The notes under the pieces were generated by a model, which did no database searches, was not told the DNA's origin, and was given only the letters and a program-made list of their open reading frames with translations. Of a DNA stretch of 64,000 nucleotides, positions 1 to 12,580 are shown one piece after another. The DNA is from Chiloscyllium plagiosum (Eukaryota): NCBI RefSeq assembly GCF_004010195.1, contig NC_057719.1:62426862-62490861 (forward strand), read 5' to 3'. The number at the start of each line of letters is the position of its first letter. Positions within the stretch are counted from its first letter, which is position 1. A program made the translations under genes and the position numbers.

Positions 1-1070
1 AAGGACCACACTTTTGACTGATCCCTACAAATCTGACATAGAAAGAGGGGTACTAAGGGCTAAGAGCACACTCACTGTCAGTACTCTTTATCACCAATTG
101 GGGGGTGCCACCTCAGATGAGTCTGATTGACTCTGCAAGATGTGGGAAAGAGAGCTGGATGTTGAAGTTTCTTCAGAGGCATGGGAGGATATTTGGGAGA
201 ATGCAAGGAAGATATCAATTTGCAATAGGGCCCATGCTTTACAGTTGAAGATTCTCCACAGGGTCCACTTAGCCCCAGACCGTTTGTCAAAATTTAAACC
301 AGGGGTATCTTCAGCATGCCCCAAGTGCAAGGTCTGTACGGGTACTCTTACCCATTGTCTTTGGTCTTGTGACAGGCTTCAAACATATTGGAGCGCTGTG
401 GTGGGTGCAATGGAGAGGATTTTAGGTGTAGGGGTGGAGAAAGACGCTATTTCGCTCTTTTGGGCCTACCCATTGTATTTCCTGCAGACTCGCATAAGGC
501 AAAACTTTTCAATATTCTTACATTCTGTCAAGGAAGAATATCTTGCTAGGTTGGATATCAGAAAACCCCCCAGGCCTGTCGGGTTGGCGGAAGAAAATTA
601 TTATGGAGCATATTCCTCTGGAGTTTCTCACAAATATGGTACACCACAAAACTGAGAATTTTTACAAGACATGGCAACCCTTTTTGAAACACCTGTACAC
701 AGATTTATCTGCCACACTAACAAGGGCTTTTATATCGCCGTAACGATTGTGTTTCATGAGTCCAATATCCAGGGAGGAGAAACTGTGAATGTATGAGTGT
801 TTTGTTTGTCTGGGCTGAGTTATTACTATTTATTTGTTTGTTGTTAGGTATTTATTTAGTTAGTTAAATAGCAAGTTTAGTTTTTTTTTTAATTTTATAC
901 TTCTCTATACATGTTTATACATTCGTATAGGAGGGTGGGTTGGGGAATTTTTTAAATTATTTGGGTTTAGTTTTGTACTATTTTTGTACTGTTTTAAATT
1001 GCATTGTTTTGTATTTGTTGTAATATTTAAAAATCTATTTTTCTTCATAAAAATATATTATATTAAAAAA
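1..1070 (+). mobile_element. L1-clade LINE 3' end: frameshifted ORF2 C-terminal Cys-rich region, T-rich 3' UTR and A-rich tail
   Basis: ORF 140..655 (WEDIWEN...KILHRVHLAP...CPKC...THCLWSC...YW) and ORF 543..743 (FYKTWQPF) match the L1 ORF2 C-terminal zinc-binding region; A-rich end at about 1048-1070. Confidence 0.85.
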
Positions 1071-1830
1071 CCTCGAATGCTGAATATAGGATTAAAGACA
1101 GGATTCTTGGCAGTATGGAGGGACAGAGGGATCTGGGTGTGCAAGTACATAGATCCCTCAAAGTTGCCACCCAAGTGGATAGAGTTGTTAAGAAAGCTTA
1201 TAGTGTTTTGGCTTTCATTAACGGGGGATCGAGTTTAAGAGCTGAGAGGTTTTGCTGCAGCTCTACAAGTCCCTGGTGAGATCACACTTGGAATATTGTG
1301 CCCAGTTCTGGTCGCCTTACTATTGGAAAGATACAGAGGCTTTGGAGAGGGTGCAAAGAAGGTTTACCAGGATGCTGCCTAGACTGGAGAGCTTGCCTTA
1401 TGGAGAAAGGTTGAATAAGCTCAGACTTTTCTCTCTGGAGAGAAGGAGGAAGAGAGGGGACCTGATCAAGGTGTACAAAATAATGAGAGGAATAGATAGT
1501 CAATAGCCAGAGACTTTTCCCCAGGGCAGGATTGACTGGTACGAGAAGTCATAGTTTGAAGATATTAGGAGGAAGGTATAAAGGAGACGTCAGAGGTAGG
1601 TTCTTTATGCAGAGAGTTGTGAATGTATGGAATGAGTTGCCAGCTGTGGTGGTGGAAGCAGAGTCATTAGGGACATTTAAGCGACTGCTGGACATGCACA
1701 TGGATAGCAGTGAGCTGAGGGGTGCGTAGGTTAAGTTAGGATTAGGATTTTACTTTAGGATTAAATCTCGGCACAACACCGTAGGCCAAAGGGCCTGTTC
1801 TATGCTGTACTTTTCTATGTTGTATGTACA
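1071..1830 (+). mobile_element. CR1 LINE 3' fragment
   Basis: ORFs LYKSLVRSHLEYCAQFWSP...LERVQRRFTRM...LFSLERRR and FFMQRVVNVWNELP; CR1-type tail gggcctgttctatgctgtac...tctatg. Confidence 0.92.
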
Positions 1831-2599
1831 GAGATGTCCTGGGAATGTAATAGTTGGCTTCTGACAACCAGAATCACCTTCCTTTGCACTGGATAGAGCT
1901 CAAAGACAGCGGAAGATTTTCTATCGATTCCCAAGGATTAAAATTTTACTTAGATTAATTAACTGAATGCTTTGTCAAATAAAAACAGCAATGCAAATGA
2001 CTTTTATGCTGAAGAAGAGTTAAACAGCACTCAACATGTTAACTCTTTCTTTCTCTATGGATGATGAGTTTCTTCCCCCATATTCTTTTTATTTCAGATC
2101 TCCAAAGTGTGCATTATTATTATTTTAGCTTGGTTAAGTGCTGCCTTGCTATCAATCACACCATCCGTGTGAAAGTAGGAAATCAGAGACATGATGAGGT
2201 GAGGCTATGGAAGGATTTGAAAACAGCAGGGAGGATTTGAAAATATAGATGCATAGAACATTTTTCACATGCTCAGCAAGCTATAAATGATTAATTCAGA
2301 AACGTGACTGATAACGAAAAGTGCTGTCTTGTCACTCAGACCCTTCAAGTGTTTTGAAGAAAAAGTGGGCAAGGAGGAGAAAGGGAGCAAAAAGTGCTCG
2401 TGAAGTTAAGTGTTTCTGACAGTGTCGAATGCCCCGGAAAGAATGTGCTTCAGGGTCATTTTCTGACGTTTGGAGGATTTGAAGTGTCAGATTTGAAAGC
2501 AATAATTCAGTTTGGTATTTTTGTTTTAACCTTTGAAATCTTACTGTGATGCACATTGTAATGAATCCTGTTTCTGAAATAGATTGCAAATTAAATTTC

Positions 2600-2792
2600 C
2601 CTGCCTGATTCTGAACAGACCTCTCGTATATTAAAGTTGATCTTTCACTGCACCTTCTCTGCAGCTGTAACACTATACTCTGCATTCTGCTCTATTAGCC
2701 AGATGTATTTATGCATGGTATGATTTGCCTGGATAGCAAGCAGAACAATACTTTACTGTACCTCAGTACACGTGACAAATCAGATCAAATCC
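2600..2792 (+). mobile_element. non-LTR retroelement 3' end (Rex/Babar-like)
   Basis: Terminal motif actgtacctcagtacacgtgacaaa followed by an (aaatc)-like tail; a similar end occurs at about 19350-19405. Confidence 0.45.
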
Positions 2793-4006
2793 TGTTTTAA
2801 GATTCCTTGGATCATCAGTCTTCTCAAAGGAGCAATGGGCTCCCTCTGAGAAGACTGGTTCTCTGTGATAAGTAAATTGTTTCCCTCACCCCTTTTATTT
2901 TCTCCTTTAGCCCTTTAAGAAGATATCAAACTCCATTTCATAATTAACTGGTAACAAAATCTCCCTTAAGTCCTGTAAGAGGCAAGAATAGACCTGATTT
3001 TTGTAGGTTCCAATAGGTTGCTTGTTTTGTGGTACTGCTCAGTCATTCAGAAAAATGCTGACCAACAGTGGGACCCAGATTAGAATCCAGTACCAACCGA
3101 TGGATGGTTTAACTCTAGCTAACTGTCAATGGAATCATGCATGGAACAGAGTCTTCAGTCTTCAGTCTCATTCAGCTCACTTTGAAAGGAGATCCAAGTT
3201 CAGTCATTGATAATGAAGCATTAAATCAACACCATCTTAATTTGACCTTTAAGGAGAAATGTAAGAGAATTAGTTGTTCCCTTTGCAAAAGGAACAAAAT
3301 TGGTCTTTAAATGAACTTTAGAGACATAATCAAAAAAGAAAGTACCTTTTTCTGTGAAACAAGTGCACATTGTTACTGCCACGATTTGTGAACCTTTGTA
3401 TCTGAAAGTTATTATTTATGTTGTTCCAGACATGAATTCCCAAGTAGTTTGTTTCGAGAACAGTTTACATGACATTGAACATAGTTTTTCTTGAACATGT
3501 GCTCTGGTTTCAAGATTATCTTTCTTCTCCTTTAGAATATTACCATTTTTATGTGGTATTGTACACGTCACATTTAGACTTGTTTTTGAAATATCAGCAC
3601 TTGAAAATGGTATTTCCTGGTGCTGTTTTTATCAGCAATAATTTGTGGCAAGCTGCCACAGATGTTAAAGAGAATGATTGCAGTTTTTGAAAAAAAATTG
3701 TTTGTAAATGTCTGTGAACAGCATGATTCTTCACTTTCAGTCTCCGTGTCTGTGGATTTGACTGTATTTTGTATAATTTCCAACTCACTAACAGAAGAAA
3801 TTTCAGCTCGTTCCATTTTTGGTCATCCATTTCTGCCGCTGTCACTTTGTTCAACAATGATCTTGCTTTCCTTTGCCTTTCTTCCAAGTGAATCATTGCC
3901 TGGTACCTCCCTTGATTCAGTACCTTTCTTCTTTCCCTTACCTTGACTGGTAAGATAAGTGGGGCTGGTATACACTGGTCAGTCATCAAGTGACAGAGAT
4001 TATCTC

Positions 4007-4225
4007 CGAGAAAGCGAGGACTGCAGATGCTGGAGATCAGAGTCGAAGAGTGTGGTACTGGAAAAGCACAACTGGTCAAGCAGCATTTGACGAGCATGAG
4101 AACCGGTGTTTTGGACATAAACTCTTCATCAGGAATGAGGCCTTGAGCTAATGCCCAAAATGTCGATTCTCCTGCTCCTCAGATGCTGCCTGACCGGCTG
4201 TGTTTTTCCAGCACGACACTCTTTG
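4007..4225 (-). mobile_element. Penelope-like element terminus as a fold-back inverted repeat
   Basis: Inverted arms around ~4135; imperfect TSD aagtgacagagattatctc (3988-4006) / aagtgacagggatcatgtc (4226-4244); decayed hammerhead core. Confidence 0.75.
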
Positions 4226-4694
4226 AAGTGACAGGGATCATGTCAAGTAACACTGTAGTTCAATCAGACCTGTTTCCAAATACAGTTTCATTGTGAATGG
4301 AAAACAAAGATCAAGAAATTTCTTTATCTCATGGCCAACCATCTCATTAAACATTTACCTTTACTCTGATCTCTTCCCCCCCCACCTCAAACATGAAATT
4401 AAAATAGCTCATTGATACCCTGTTTCTTCTACTTTCTTGAACTCCCCACCCCAACTAGTGATGAACAGACAGGTATCCATATGGTAAATTAGGCAGCTTT
4501 CCCAGTTTTCCCTTCTGGGCCTTTTCCTTGTCCAGAAGAACTGCCTATCCCCATCATCCCACTCTGAAACAAACCAGACCTTATTTTTTTAAAATTAATC
4601 TATATGGCGCATCTGTAGAATGGGGGTGTTGGAGGGAGGTGCTTGAATCCTAGCCCTTCAGCTCACAGTTCAGGACACTACTACATTCCAAATT

Positions 4695-4960
4695 CACAAC
4701 CACTTCTGTTTGAAGGACAAGGGCAGCTGATACATGGGAACGCCAAACCTGGAACCTTCCAAGCTGCTCACCATCCTGACATACAAGTATAATGCCATAG
4801 CTTCACTAGTGCTGGCGCAAAGTCCTGGAATTCCCTCCTGAAGGGCATTCTGAATCTACCCACAGCACATGGACTACAAGGGTTCAAGAAGGCAACTTAT
4901 CACCACTTTCTCAAGGGCAAGGGGAATGGACAATACACTGCTACATCTCATGAATGACTG
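4695..4960 (+). mobile_element. LINE 3' end, second family (CR1/L2 group)
   Basis: gaaggacaagggcagc...catgggaac...tcctggaattccctcc...ttcaagaaggca...caccactttctcaagggcaa recurs at about 47.2, 49.2 and 51.9-53.5 kb. Confidence 0.6.
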
Positions 4961-5002
4961 AAGAAAATGACAAGAGCCTTCCAGGAACCAGCTCTTCAGA
5001 TT

Positions 5003-5098
5003 TTTAGTCCACCTGTCCAGATGTGTTATGCATGGAGTAGCTGGGATTTGAACCCGGGCCTCCTGGTCCAGAGGTTGGGACAGACAGAAGAACAGCCA
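5003..5098 (-). mobile_element. short tRNA-derived SINE fragment
   Basis: Minus strand reads ggaccaggaggcccgggttcaaatccc, which contains a Pol III B-box. Confidence 0.55.
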
Positions 5099-5841
5099 CA
5101 ATTGAAATGAGTAGAAGAGAAGGCAGTAACTGTGGGTGGAGCTTGTGAATGGTCATACTTTTGGTTCTATTTATTATATTCTTGAGTTTATCTTTTAAAT
5201 TTATCTCATCGTCACTTAGCATCTGCTTTCATCACACATATGTTGATGGGACATTTTAAAGTTCTATATCAGTGTCACTGGCTGTTGATGCCCTGATAAA
5301 GTAAAACCTAACTGCTTTGTTCCCGGAATATCAGAATCCTAAATCTGCAAGGTAAATATGTCATCCATCAAACAAAATTCAGCCATTGACAAAGGTGATT
5401 GTATTACCATAAAGCAATTATTTTTCCACGAATTCAGTTGTCTCTGAAGGCTCCTGGTGCGTTACATTAATCAAGCTCAGCATTCTCTCCGAAAACGGGG
5501 AAAGATTTTAGAGACTTTATCATGCGCTTTCCTGCTGTTAAGTTTATTAATTGATCCTATTATTATAATGTTTTGCAGCAGCGATTAAAGTGGATAAATG
5601 GAGTGTGTTGTTTGTCCTGTATGACTCATTCAGTCACACGCAAACTCATATATTATGCATTCTTCTATTCTGAAATATAGATTAGATTTGCTAGAAATTT
5701 GTGCGGAAGAAGTATTGATTGTTTCAATGTACTTGACACATAATGTGAATCAAGTTGCATTCGATGAAATCTTTATGTAAATACCTTCCATGACACAATA
5801 ACAGAATGTATAATATTTATTCCTTGCTTTGAGTTTTTTCT

Positions 5842-6728
5842 TCGCTGCCTAAATTAGAACACTGATTTGGAAAGATTCCCAGAGCACCTCGAGCATAGTC
5901 CATGAACAATTTAGTAGATTTTTACTACATGTCTCTAATGAAGTTATTTAGTAATCTTTCCTAATGTAATATTTAGACTTTATTGGTATGTCATTATATG
6001 AGTATTTGTAGGAATTGGAAATGACAAGGTTGGAAATTGAAGCCCTTTTATTTTGCGTGACAATATGAAATACTCTTAACGTGTAGCATTGCTGGGATGT
6101 AATTTATATGGTAACCCTATTATGTTGCTAGCCTGTCCTTGGAGTGGGAATCTGCTCCTTTATGAGAGTAAAGCATCAGAGATCAATACAAGCAATAATA
6201 AGTTGCAGTTATATAGCAACTTTTAATGTAACGTACATGCTGAGGTATTTCACATTGATATTGCTTCACTAAAGTTGAAAAGCGTGGTGCTGGAAAAGTG
6301 CAGCAGGCCAGGCAGCATCCAATGAGCAGGAAAATCAACGTTTTGGGCATAAGCCCTTCTTCAGGTGTGCCAAGCGGGCTGAGATAAAAGGTGGGGGAGG
6401 GGCGCTGGGAATATGATACATAGAAGGAGGAGGACAGGCTAGCAATGTAATAGGGTTATCATATAAATTGCATCCCAGCAATGCTACACGTTAAGAGTAT
6501 TTCATATTGTCACGCAAAATAAAAGGGCTTCAATTTCCAACCTTGTCATTTCCAATTCCTACAAATACTCATATAATGACATACCATTAAAGTCTAAATA
6601 TTACATTAGGAAAGATTACTAAATAACTTCATTAGATACATGTAGTAAAAATCTACTAAATTGTTCATGGACTATGTTAGAGGTGCTCTGGGAATCTTTC
6701 CAAATCAGTGTTCTAATTTAGGCAGCGA
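5842..6728. repeat. 298 bp inverted duplication of otherwise unique DNA (arms 5842-6139 and 6431-6728)
   Basis: Manual alignment of the left arm to the reverse complement of the right arm gave about 8 mismatches and no indels. Confidence 0.95.
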
Positions 6729-6798
6729 TGAAAAGAAGGGCTTATGAAGAAGCGATGAAAACAAGGTCTCCAGCATCTGCAGTCCTCACTTTCTCCTA
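6275..6798 (+). mobile_element. Penelope-like insertion carrying captured host DNA
   Basis: Inverted PLE end at 6275-6430, host copy at 6431-6728, PLE tail tctccagcatctgcagtcctcactttctcct; TSD attgcttcact(a/g)aag at 6260-6274 and 6799-6813. Confidence 0.85.
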
Positions 6799-8186
6799 AT
6801 TGCTTCACTGAAGATGATATCTGAATAGGTGAATAAATATGTAGACAAAAGAATAGATTTCAGGTAAAATGAAACAAAGAACTGAAGATCTGAAACACAA
6901 GACATGGAAATTGCTGGTGAAACACAGCAGTTCTGGCAGCATCCGTGGAAGGAAAACAGTCACCATTTCAAGCTGAATAACCCTGTGTCAGAACTTGATA
7001 GATTAGATGTGTCTTAGAGAGATTGGTACAAAGGCAAGAGATTTAGGGAGGTATTTCCTATTTGGGGTGACTAGCCACCTGAAATCCAATGTGCAGGAGC
7101 CCAGAATTCAATCAATGCTGAGACCTTGAAGGAATATAGGGCTCGAGGTTACAGAGCTGGGTGGTGTTGTAATATACAGTAGAGCCATTTGTAACTGCTA
7201 CCATAGGAAATGGAAAGATAACATTTCCTAGTATGCAAGGAATGATTTGCTATCCTCTTGTAGATGGGAAAGTTGTGAATACGGACACAAGATTTCATTA
7301 GTTATGGAATTAGGGGATATTTTTTACACTTCATAGACTGCCAATGGGAACTCCAATTGAATGATCAGAAAGCAACTCAAATCTTTTTTGAGTATAATCA
7401 TAATGATGTAAGCTCGGAATGTGTTTTGGCTTGCTTTTATGGCCTCAGTGAAGCACTGCTGGCTTTCATCACAAATCACAAGAATTAAATGGTTGGATGT
7501 TAAGAGAATCAATAGACAAAGGGAGAGCGCAGAGAGGATGTTGAAGAAAATGGATACATGCAGAGAACAACAAAATGAGAGAAATGATTTACTACTGTGA
7601 GTGGGCAGCTGTATGTGGGAGGGTGATGAGCCCTATAATGATGCAATAGACTTCAGAGCAGTATCATGGGACACTTAATTCATCAAATATATATGACACA
7701 CTGAAGTCTTTAAGAGTAAAGGAGTAAGGTTGTTTTATTATAGATTCCAGCATCTGTTGTGATTTTCTTTATTTTATTCAATTATTCCAGATAGATAAGA
7801 AATTGAATGGAAGAAGTTGTATGGGTGAAGATGCATGTGATTTTTAACCTTTGCTCTGGGTAGTTTCCTCATCACCAACATCTGTGAAGTGGTGTCTTGA
7901 TATCTTTCATGGTTCAAGGTTTTAAAGGCAATTAAGTAGCTGGCGAACACATTTCACATGTATTATGGCATAAATGAATGCTACTTTAATCAATTCTTCT
8001 GTTGTCTTATTTCTTGAGTGGTTCTGGACTAATATTCCTTTCTCACAAAATCAGTCCCTGTCATTTCCCTTCGATATTGAATTTCTGCTGTGGTGGAAAC
8101 ATTTTTAGACAACTATTTTTGTAGGTTCTCTTCATGATGGCTATGTGTCTGCTTTTTGATGAAACACTTGGCAAATGTTTTTGTGA

Positions 8187-8344
8187 GGGTAAAAACAAGG
8201 ACTGCAGATGATGGAAACCAGAGGCTAAATTAGGGTGGTGCTGGAAAATGAATTCTTCTTGAAGGGCTTTTGCCCGAAACGTCGATTTCCCTGTTCCTCA
8301 GATGCTGCCTGACCTGTGCTTTTCCAGCACCACTCTAATCCAGA
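8187..8344 (-). mobile_element. Penelope-like terminus fold-back
   Basis: Perfect TSD caaatgtttttgtga (8172-8186, 8345-8359); gggcttttgcccgaaacgtcga hammerhead half; inverted ends ggtgctggaaa / tttccagcacc. Confidence 0.85.
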
Positions 8345-8685
8345 CAAATGTTTTTGTGAATTCAAATTAGAGTCTCCATGAAAATTGAGTGAGATGCAAA
8401 CCCAAGGTAAATGTACGCTGATTTAAGATCAAATCTGGCTTTGTGTTACTGATCAATAATTTTACTGCAAAATGAAACTCTTGCTTGATATAATGATATT
8501 TGAACATTAAAGAAACTTGAGTTCTTCAGAAGCTTTATGAGTAGCAACAATAGGAATGCAGGAGTAAACCATTTAGCTCCTTGAGCCTGTTTTGCATGCT
8601 CCACTTAGATGACAATGTTTATTGTTTACATTCAAGCTGACGATTTTGCTCAACAGTTCACAGTTTTGTCTCTCTTCCTTGCTAG

Positions 8686-8726
8686 AATTATAATGCCAAA
8701 GCGAGTTAACCTATCCTTGAATGTGG
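8686..8726 (+). other. candidate 41 nt exon of an unidentified host gene
   Basis: Polypyrimidine tract plus tag acceptor (ttttgtctctcttccttgctag) and G|gtgagt donor; one open frame IIMPKRVNLSLNV; no homology recognised. Confidence 0.3.
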
Positions 8727-9750
8727 GTGAGTGAGTTTATAATTTCATGAGTAGTGCTTTTAAGAGGAAAGCACACCAGAACATTCATGAACAAAGTTTG
8801 GAAAAGGGCACAGGATGCATTAGCAACAAGGTCAGTAATTCATCAATCGAACACAAACATCTGAGGGCATACAAACTTTCATCCATCCTATTGCAAAGTC
8901 AATAGCAAAAGAACATTGCTGCTTTTGGACTGAATAATTATACAATGACATTATCACTGTTTGTGTGACCTGCTGAAGTGAGATGAACCAAATCCTAATA
9001 TGGAACCATGGAAATGGCATTGCAGTCATCTGTACTGATGCAGATTCAGTTTTGCTCTTTGACTTAGTTTAACCAAGCTTTCACATCAGGATATGGCTGG
9101 TTGGTGCAGGTATCACTGGCTAGCAGAGAAGGGCACTTTGATATTCCTGATGGTTTAAAAGTACGTTTGACATTTTTAGGTTGAATAAGCATTTCCCGGA
9201 GCTTTCTGCTGTAACTAAAAATGAACAACAATCCTTTTTAAGTGTCTGGGTGACATTTATGTTATTGATGTTTCCTTGTAACAGTCCAGTTCTTTGTAAA
9301 AGCTATTGACAGTCTTTGTAGGCCAGACACCTCTCTAATCACCCTTTGTATGCGGAGGGAATGGACAGCTCTCTAAGTGGCCTTCTGGGTTTGGGATTTG
9401 ATTGAGTGATGGTTGTTTAATGGCTTGAAACTTATTGCGGAGAATGACAGTTCATTTAAAGCTGGACAGGCTGGTTGAAAGGTTTGTTGCAAGTTAAGGG
9501 AAACTAATTCTTATCATTTCTAAACCCAGCCACTTACTTTTTTCTGTGTGTGAAAGAAAAAGAACCAAGTGTCAGTCATGCATGATGATGCATCAGTATA
9601 TTTTTCTCATTCTAATTTGAGTAATAGATTTTTTTTAAGGAGAAGTCATTTATTCAGAGACCTTGCATTGTGTTATTCCTTGTAAGCTGGGCATTTGCAA
9701 CTGTGCAGCTCTCACTTAATTCTTTGATGCTCAATGAATAACTGCAGTAC

Positions 9751-10095
9751 AGGTGGCACAGTGGCTCAGTGGTTAGTACTGCTACCTCATAGCACCAGGG
9801 ACCTGGGTTCAATTCCAGTCTCAGGAGACTGTCAGTGTGGAGTTTGCACATTCTCCCCGTGTCTGTGTGGGTTTCCTCTCAGTGCTCTGGTTTCCACCCA
9901 CAGTCCAAAGGTGTACATGTTAGGTGGATTGGCCATGCTAAATTGCCTATAGTGTTCAGCAATGTGTAGGTTAGGTGCATTTGTCGGGGTAAATATAAGG
10001 TAGGGGGAATGAGTCTGGGTGGGTTACTATTTGGAGTGGCAGCGTGGACTTGTTGGGCTGAGGAGCCTGTTGCCATGTTGTAAGATTCTCTTCTA
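9751..10095 (+). mobile_element. HE1-like tRNA-derived V-SINE
   Basis: A-box tggctcagtgg, B-box ggttcaattcc, V-domain tgtggagtttgcacattctccccgtgtctg, CR1-like tail. Confidence 0.9.
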
Positions 10096-10112
10096 TAAAT
10101 CTGTAAACCCAA

Positions 10113-10232
10113 CAAGGGCTTATGCCCAAAACGTCGATTCTCCTGTTCCTTGGATGCTGCCTGACCTGCTGCACTTTTCCAGCAACACATTTTCAGCTCT
10201 GATCTCCAGCATCTGCAGCCCTCACTTTCTCT
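10113..10232 (+). mobile_element. Penelope-like 3' terminus (5'-truncated)
   Basis: Near-identical to 61339-61453: gggcttatgccc.aaacgtcgattctcctg...gatctccagcatctgcag. Confidence 0.8.
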
Positions 10233-11161
10233 CATCATGATGATAAGACATGACCAAAGTGGATAGAAGTGAGGTACCATTTTACTCATTGCACTTCAAC
10301 TTTTCCATACAAGAGCCACCATCTTAAGCAACTGCACATTTGGAATTCATTGGAAGTGCACAGTTGACCACCTGACAGATGGGATAATGTCGTTAGCTGG
10401 GTTAATGGCTGGCTCAGCAGCAGTGAAGTTAACTTTTGTCCAAGACTTATTCACTGATTGTGTGTTACCACATTGGAAATGCTGAGCAAAAGGAAGCAGT
10501 TTGATTATATTTGATGCTTTTGAATTCTTCCCAAGTATATGAGAAAGGCACTCAAGTGACTAGATGAAAAATCGCAATCCCTGTTCCTTTCCAACATGCC
10601 AAGGCAATATTCTCAGCTGCCTGTGGGAAGAGCAGTATTTACATGATTTGTTTCCTCTGCTCATCACATTGAAAGAAATCCATGCTGAGGATTGACTGTC
10701 TTCATTTTGCAGGCACTCAATCTATTGTCAACATGAAATAGTGGAGGAAAGCATTGATCTGGCTCAGACATTGTGCCTGCATCTCAACCTCAGAAGACGC
10801 TTTATTTCTGCACAACTGTGATTTTGTTTCCACCAAATAACCCCGGCCTGAATGGAATGGCTAATTAGTGCCAAGTTTGAGATGGTTCAATGCTGTAGAT
10901 TATTATCTGCTAAAATTGACCAAACCATATTCACGTAGGACACTGTGTGGGCTAGATTTGCAGTACACCCTGTAATACCAGTATTAACTGTACTCTCCCA
11001 CCCAGTTCTCTAGCTTTCCGTCAATAAGTTGACACCTGCAGAACTAATTTCCCGTTAAATAATTTTGGAAAAAAAATTGACAGGTTAATTGACCTAAAGA
11101 CTGAACACTTGTACCAGTGAATCTGTTTTCCAATTGTAACCACTTTTATTCTTGATAAAGC

Positions 11162-11293
11162 TGAATAGGAAGGGTTTGGAGGGATATGAGCCAGATGCTG
11201 GCAGGTGGGACTAGATTGGGTTGGGATATCTGGTCGGCATGGACGGGTTGGACTGAAGGATCTGTTTCCATGCTGTACATCTCTATGACTATG
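11162..11293 (+). mobile_element. CR1 3' tail only
   Basis: Matches the 3' UTR at about 36280-36410 and 22970-23095. Confidence 0.85.
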
Positions 11294-11839
11294 TGTAAAA
11301 TTGCTATAGAATACTAGTTTCTCCAGTTAAAATGATCATGGCTGGGACTATATTGATGCAGTATTGTGCAGGAATACAGGCACATGGACGCAAAATTGGA
11401 CATTGCATGCTATTATCAAGAATAGGGTCGCAGAGTTCATTACAGTAGGTCATGCCCACTACCAAAGAAAACTATGCACTTTTAAAAGAACATCTGTATA
11501 GCCTTGGAGCGCACAACCTCAATTTGATTATCCCGTGACCGCCCCCCCCCCCCCCCCAACTGAGTGCTGTGACCCACATTTGGAATCACTGATAGGGCGT
11601 TGCAATGGTCATACAAGAGAAGGGTCACTTGTTTGTGAGGGGGACCAGTGGTTGGGTTGTCGGGTCATTTCCTTTCAATGTTATTGTGACAACAGATGAT
11701 TCAACACTGCATGCTTTGCGCTCCAATCTTAGTGCAGACCTAGCTGCAGTAAGGAGAGGGTGATTGTGGTACCTAGGGTTTGTTTTCTGCACAACAGTAG
11801 ATGGCTTTTTGCCACATCACAGTGGGCTTCATACAAAAG

Positions 11840-12168
11840 TGTGGCATAGTGCCTCAGTGGTCAGCACTGCTGCCTCACAGCACAAGGGACACTGGTTTGG
11901 TTCCAACCTCAGTCCGTATGGAGTTTGCACATTCTCTGTGTCTGTGTCACTTCCCTCTGGGTGCTCTGGTTTCCTCCACAGTGCAAAGATATGCAGGCTT
12001 GGTGAATTGGCCTTGCTCAATTACCCATAGTGTCTCGGGATGGACAGGTGAGGTGGATTAGGCATGGGGAATGCAGGGTTACAGGATAGAGGATGGGTCT
12101 CTATGGGATGCTCTCTAGAAGGTTGGTGTGATCTCGATGGGCTGATCGGTCTGCTGGTATTGTGTGAT
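11840..12168 (+). mobile_element. HE1-like V-SINE (older copy)
   Basis: Degenerate A/B boxes and V-domain ggagtttgcacattctc. Confidence 0.85.
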
Positions 12169-12170
12169 TA

Positions 12171-12580
12171 CATAGAACATAGAACATAGAAAAATACAGC
12201 GCAGTACAGGCCCTTTGGCCCTCAATGTTGCGCCGATCCAAGCCCACCTAACCTACACTAGCCCACTATCCTCCATATGCCTATCCAATGCCCGCTTAAA
12301 TGCCCATAAAGAGGGAGAGTCCACCACTGCTACTGGCAGGGCGTTCCATGAACTCACGACTCGCTGAGTAAAGAACCGACCCTTAACATCTGTCCTATAC
12401 CTACCACCCCTTAATTTAAAGCTATGCCCCCTCGTAATAGCTGACTCCATACGTGGAAAAAGGTTCTCACGGTCAATTCTATCTAAACCCCTAATCATCT
12501 TGTACACCTCTATCAAGTCACCCCTAAACCTTCTTTTCTCCAATGAAAACAACCCCAAGTGCCTCAGCCTTTCCTCATAC
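12171..12580 (-). mobile_element. CR1 LINE 3' fragment with (ttctatg)n tail
   Basis: ORF 12253..12558 GLFSLEKRRFRGDLIEVYK...FFTQRVVSSWNALP; catagaa repeats at 12171. Confidence 0.93.

Noticed and set aside
3594..4118. 174 aa ORF
   Set aside because: It starts inside a PLE terminus and has no recognisable domain or splice support.
9751..9830. tRNA genes suggested by A/B boxes (also near 11850, 31860, 39050, 49980)
   Set aside because: These are SINE heads followed by a V-domain and LINE tail, with no complete cloverleaf.
11530..11592. Possible hAT-Charlie terminal repeat (gacccacatttggaatcactg) after a poly-C run
   Set aside because: No partner terminus or 8 bp TSD was found.
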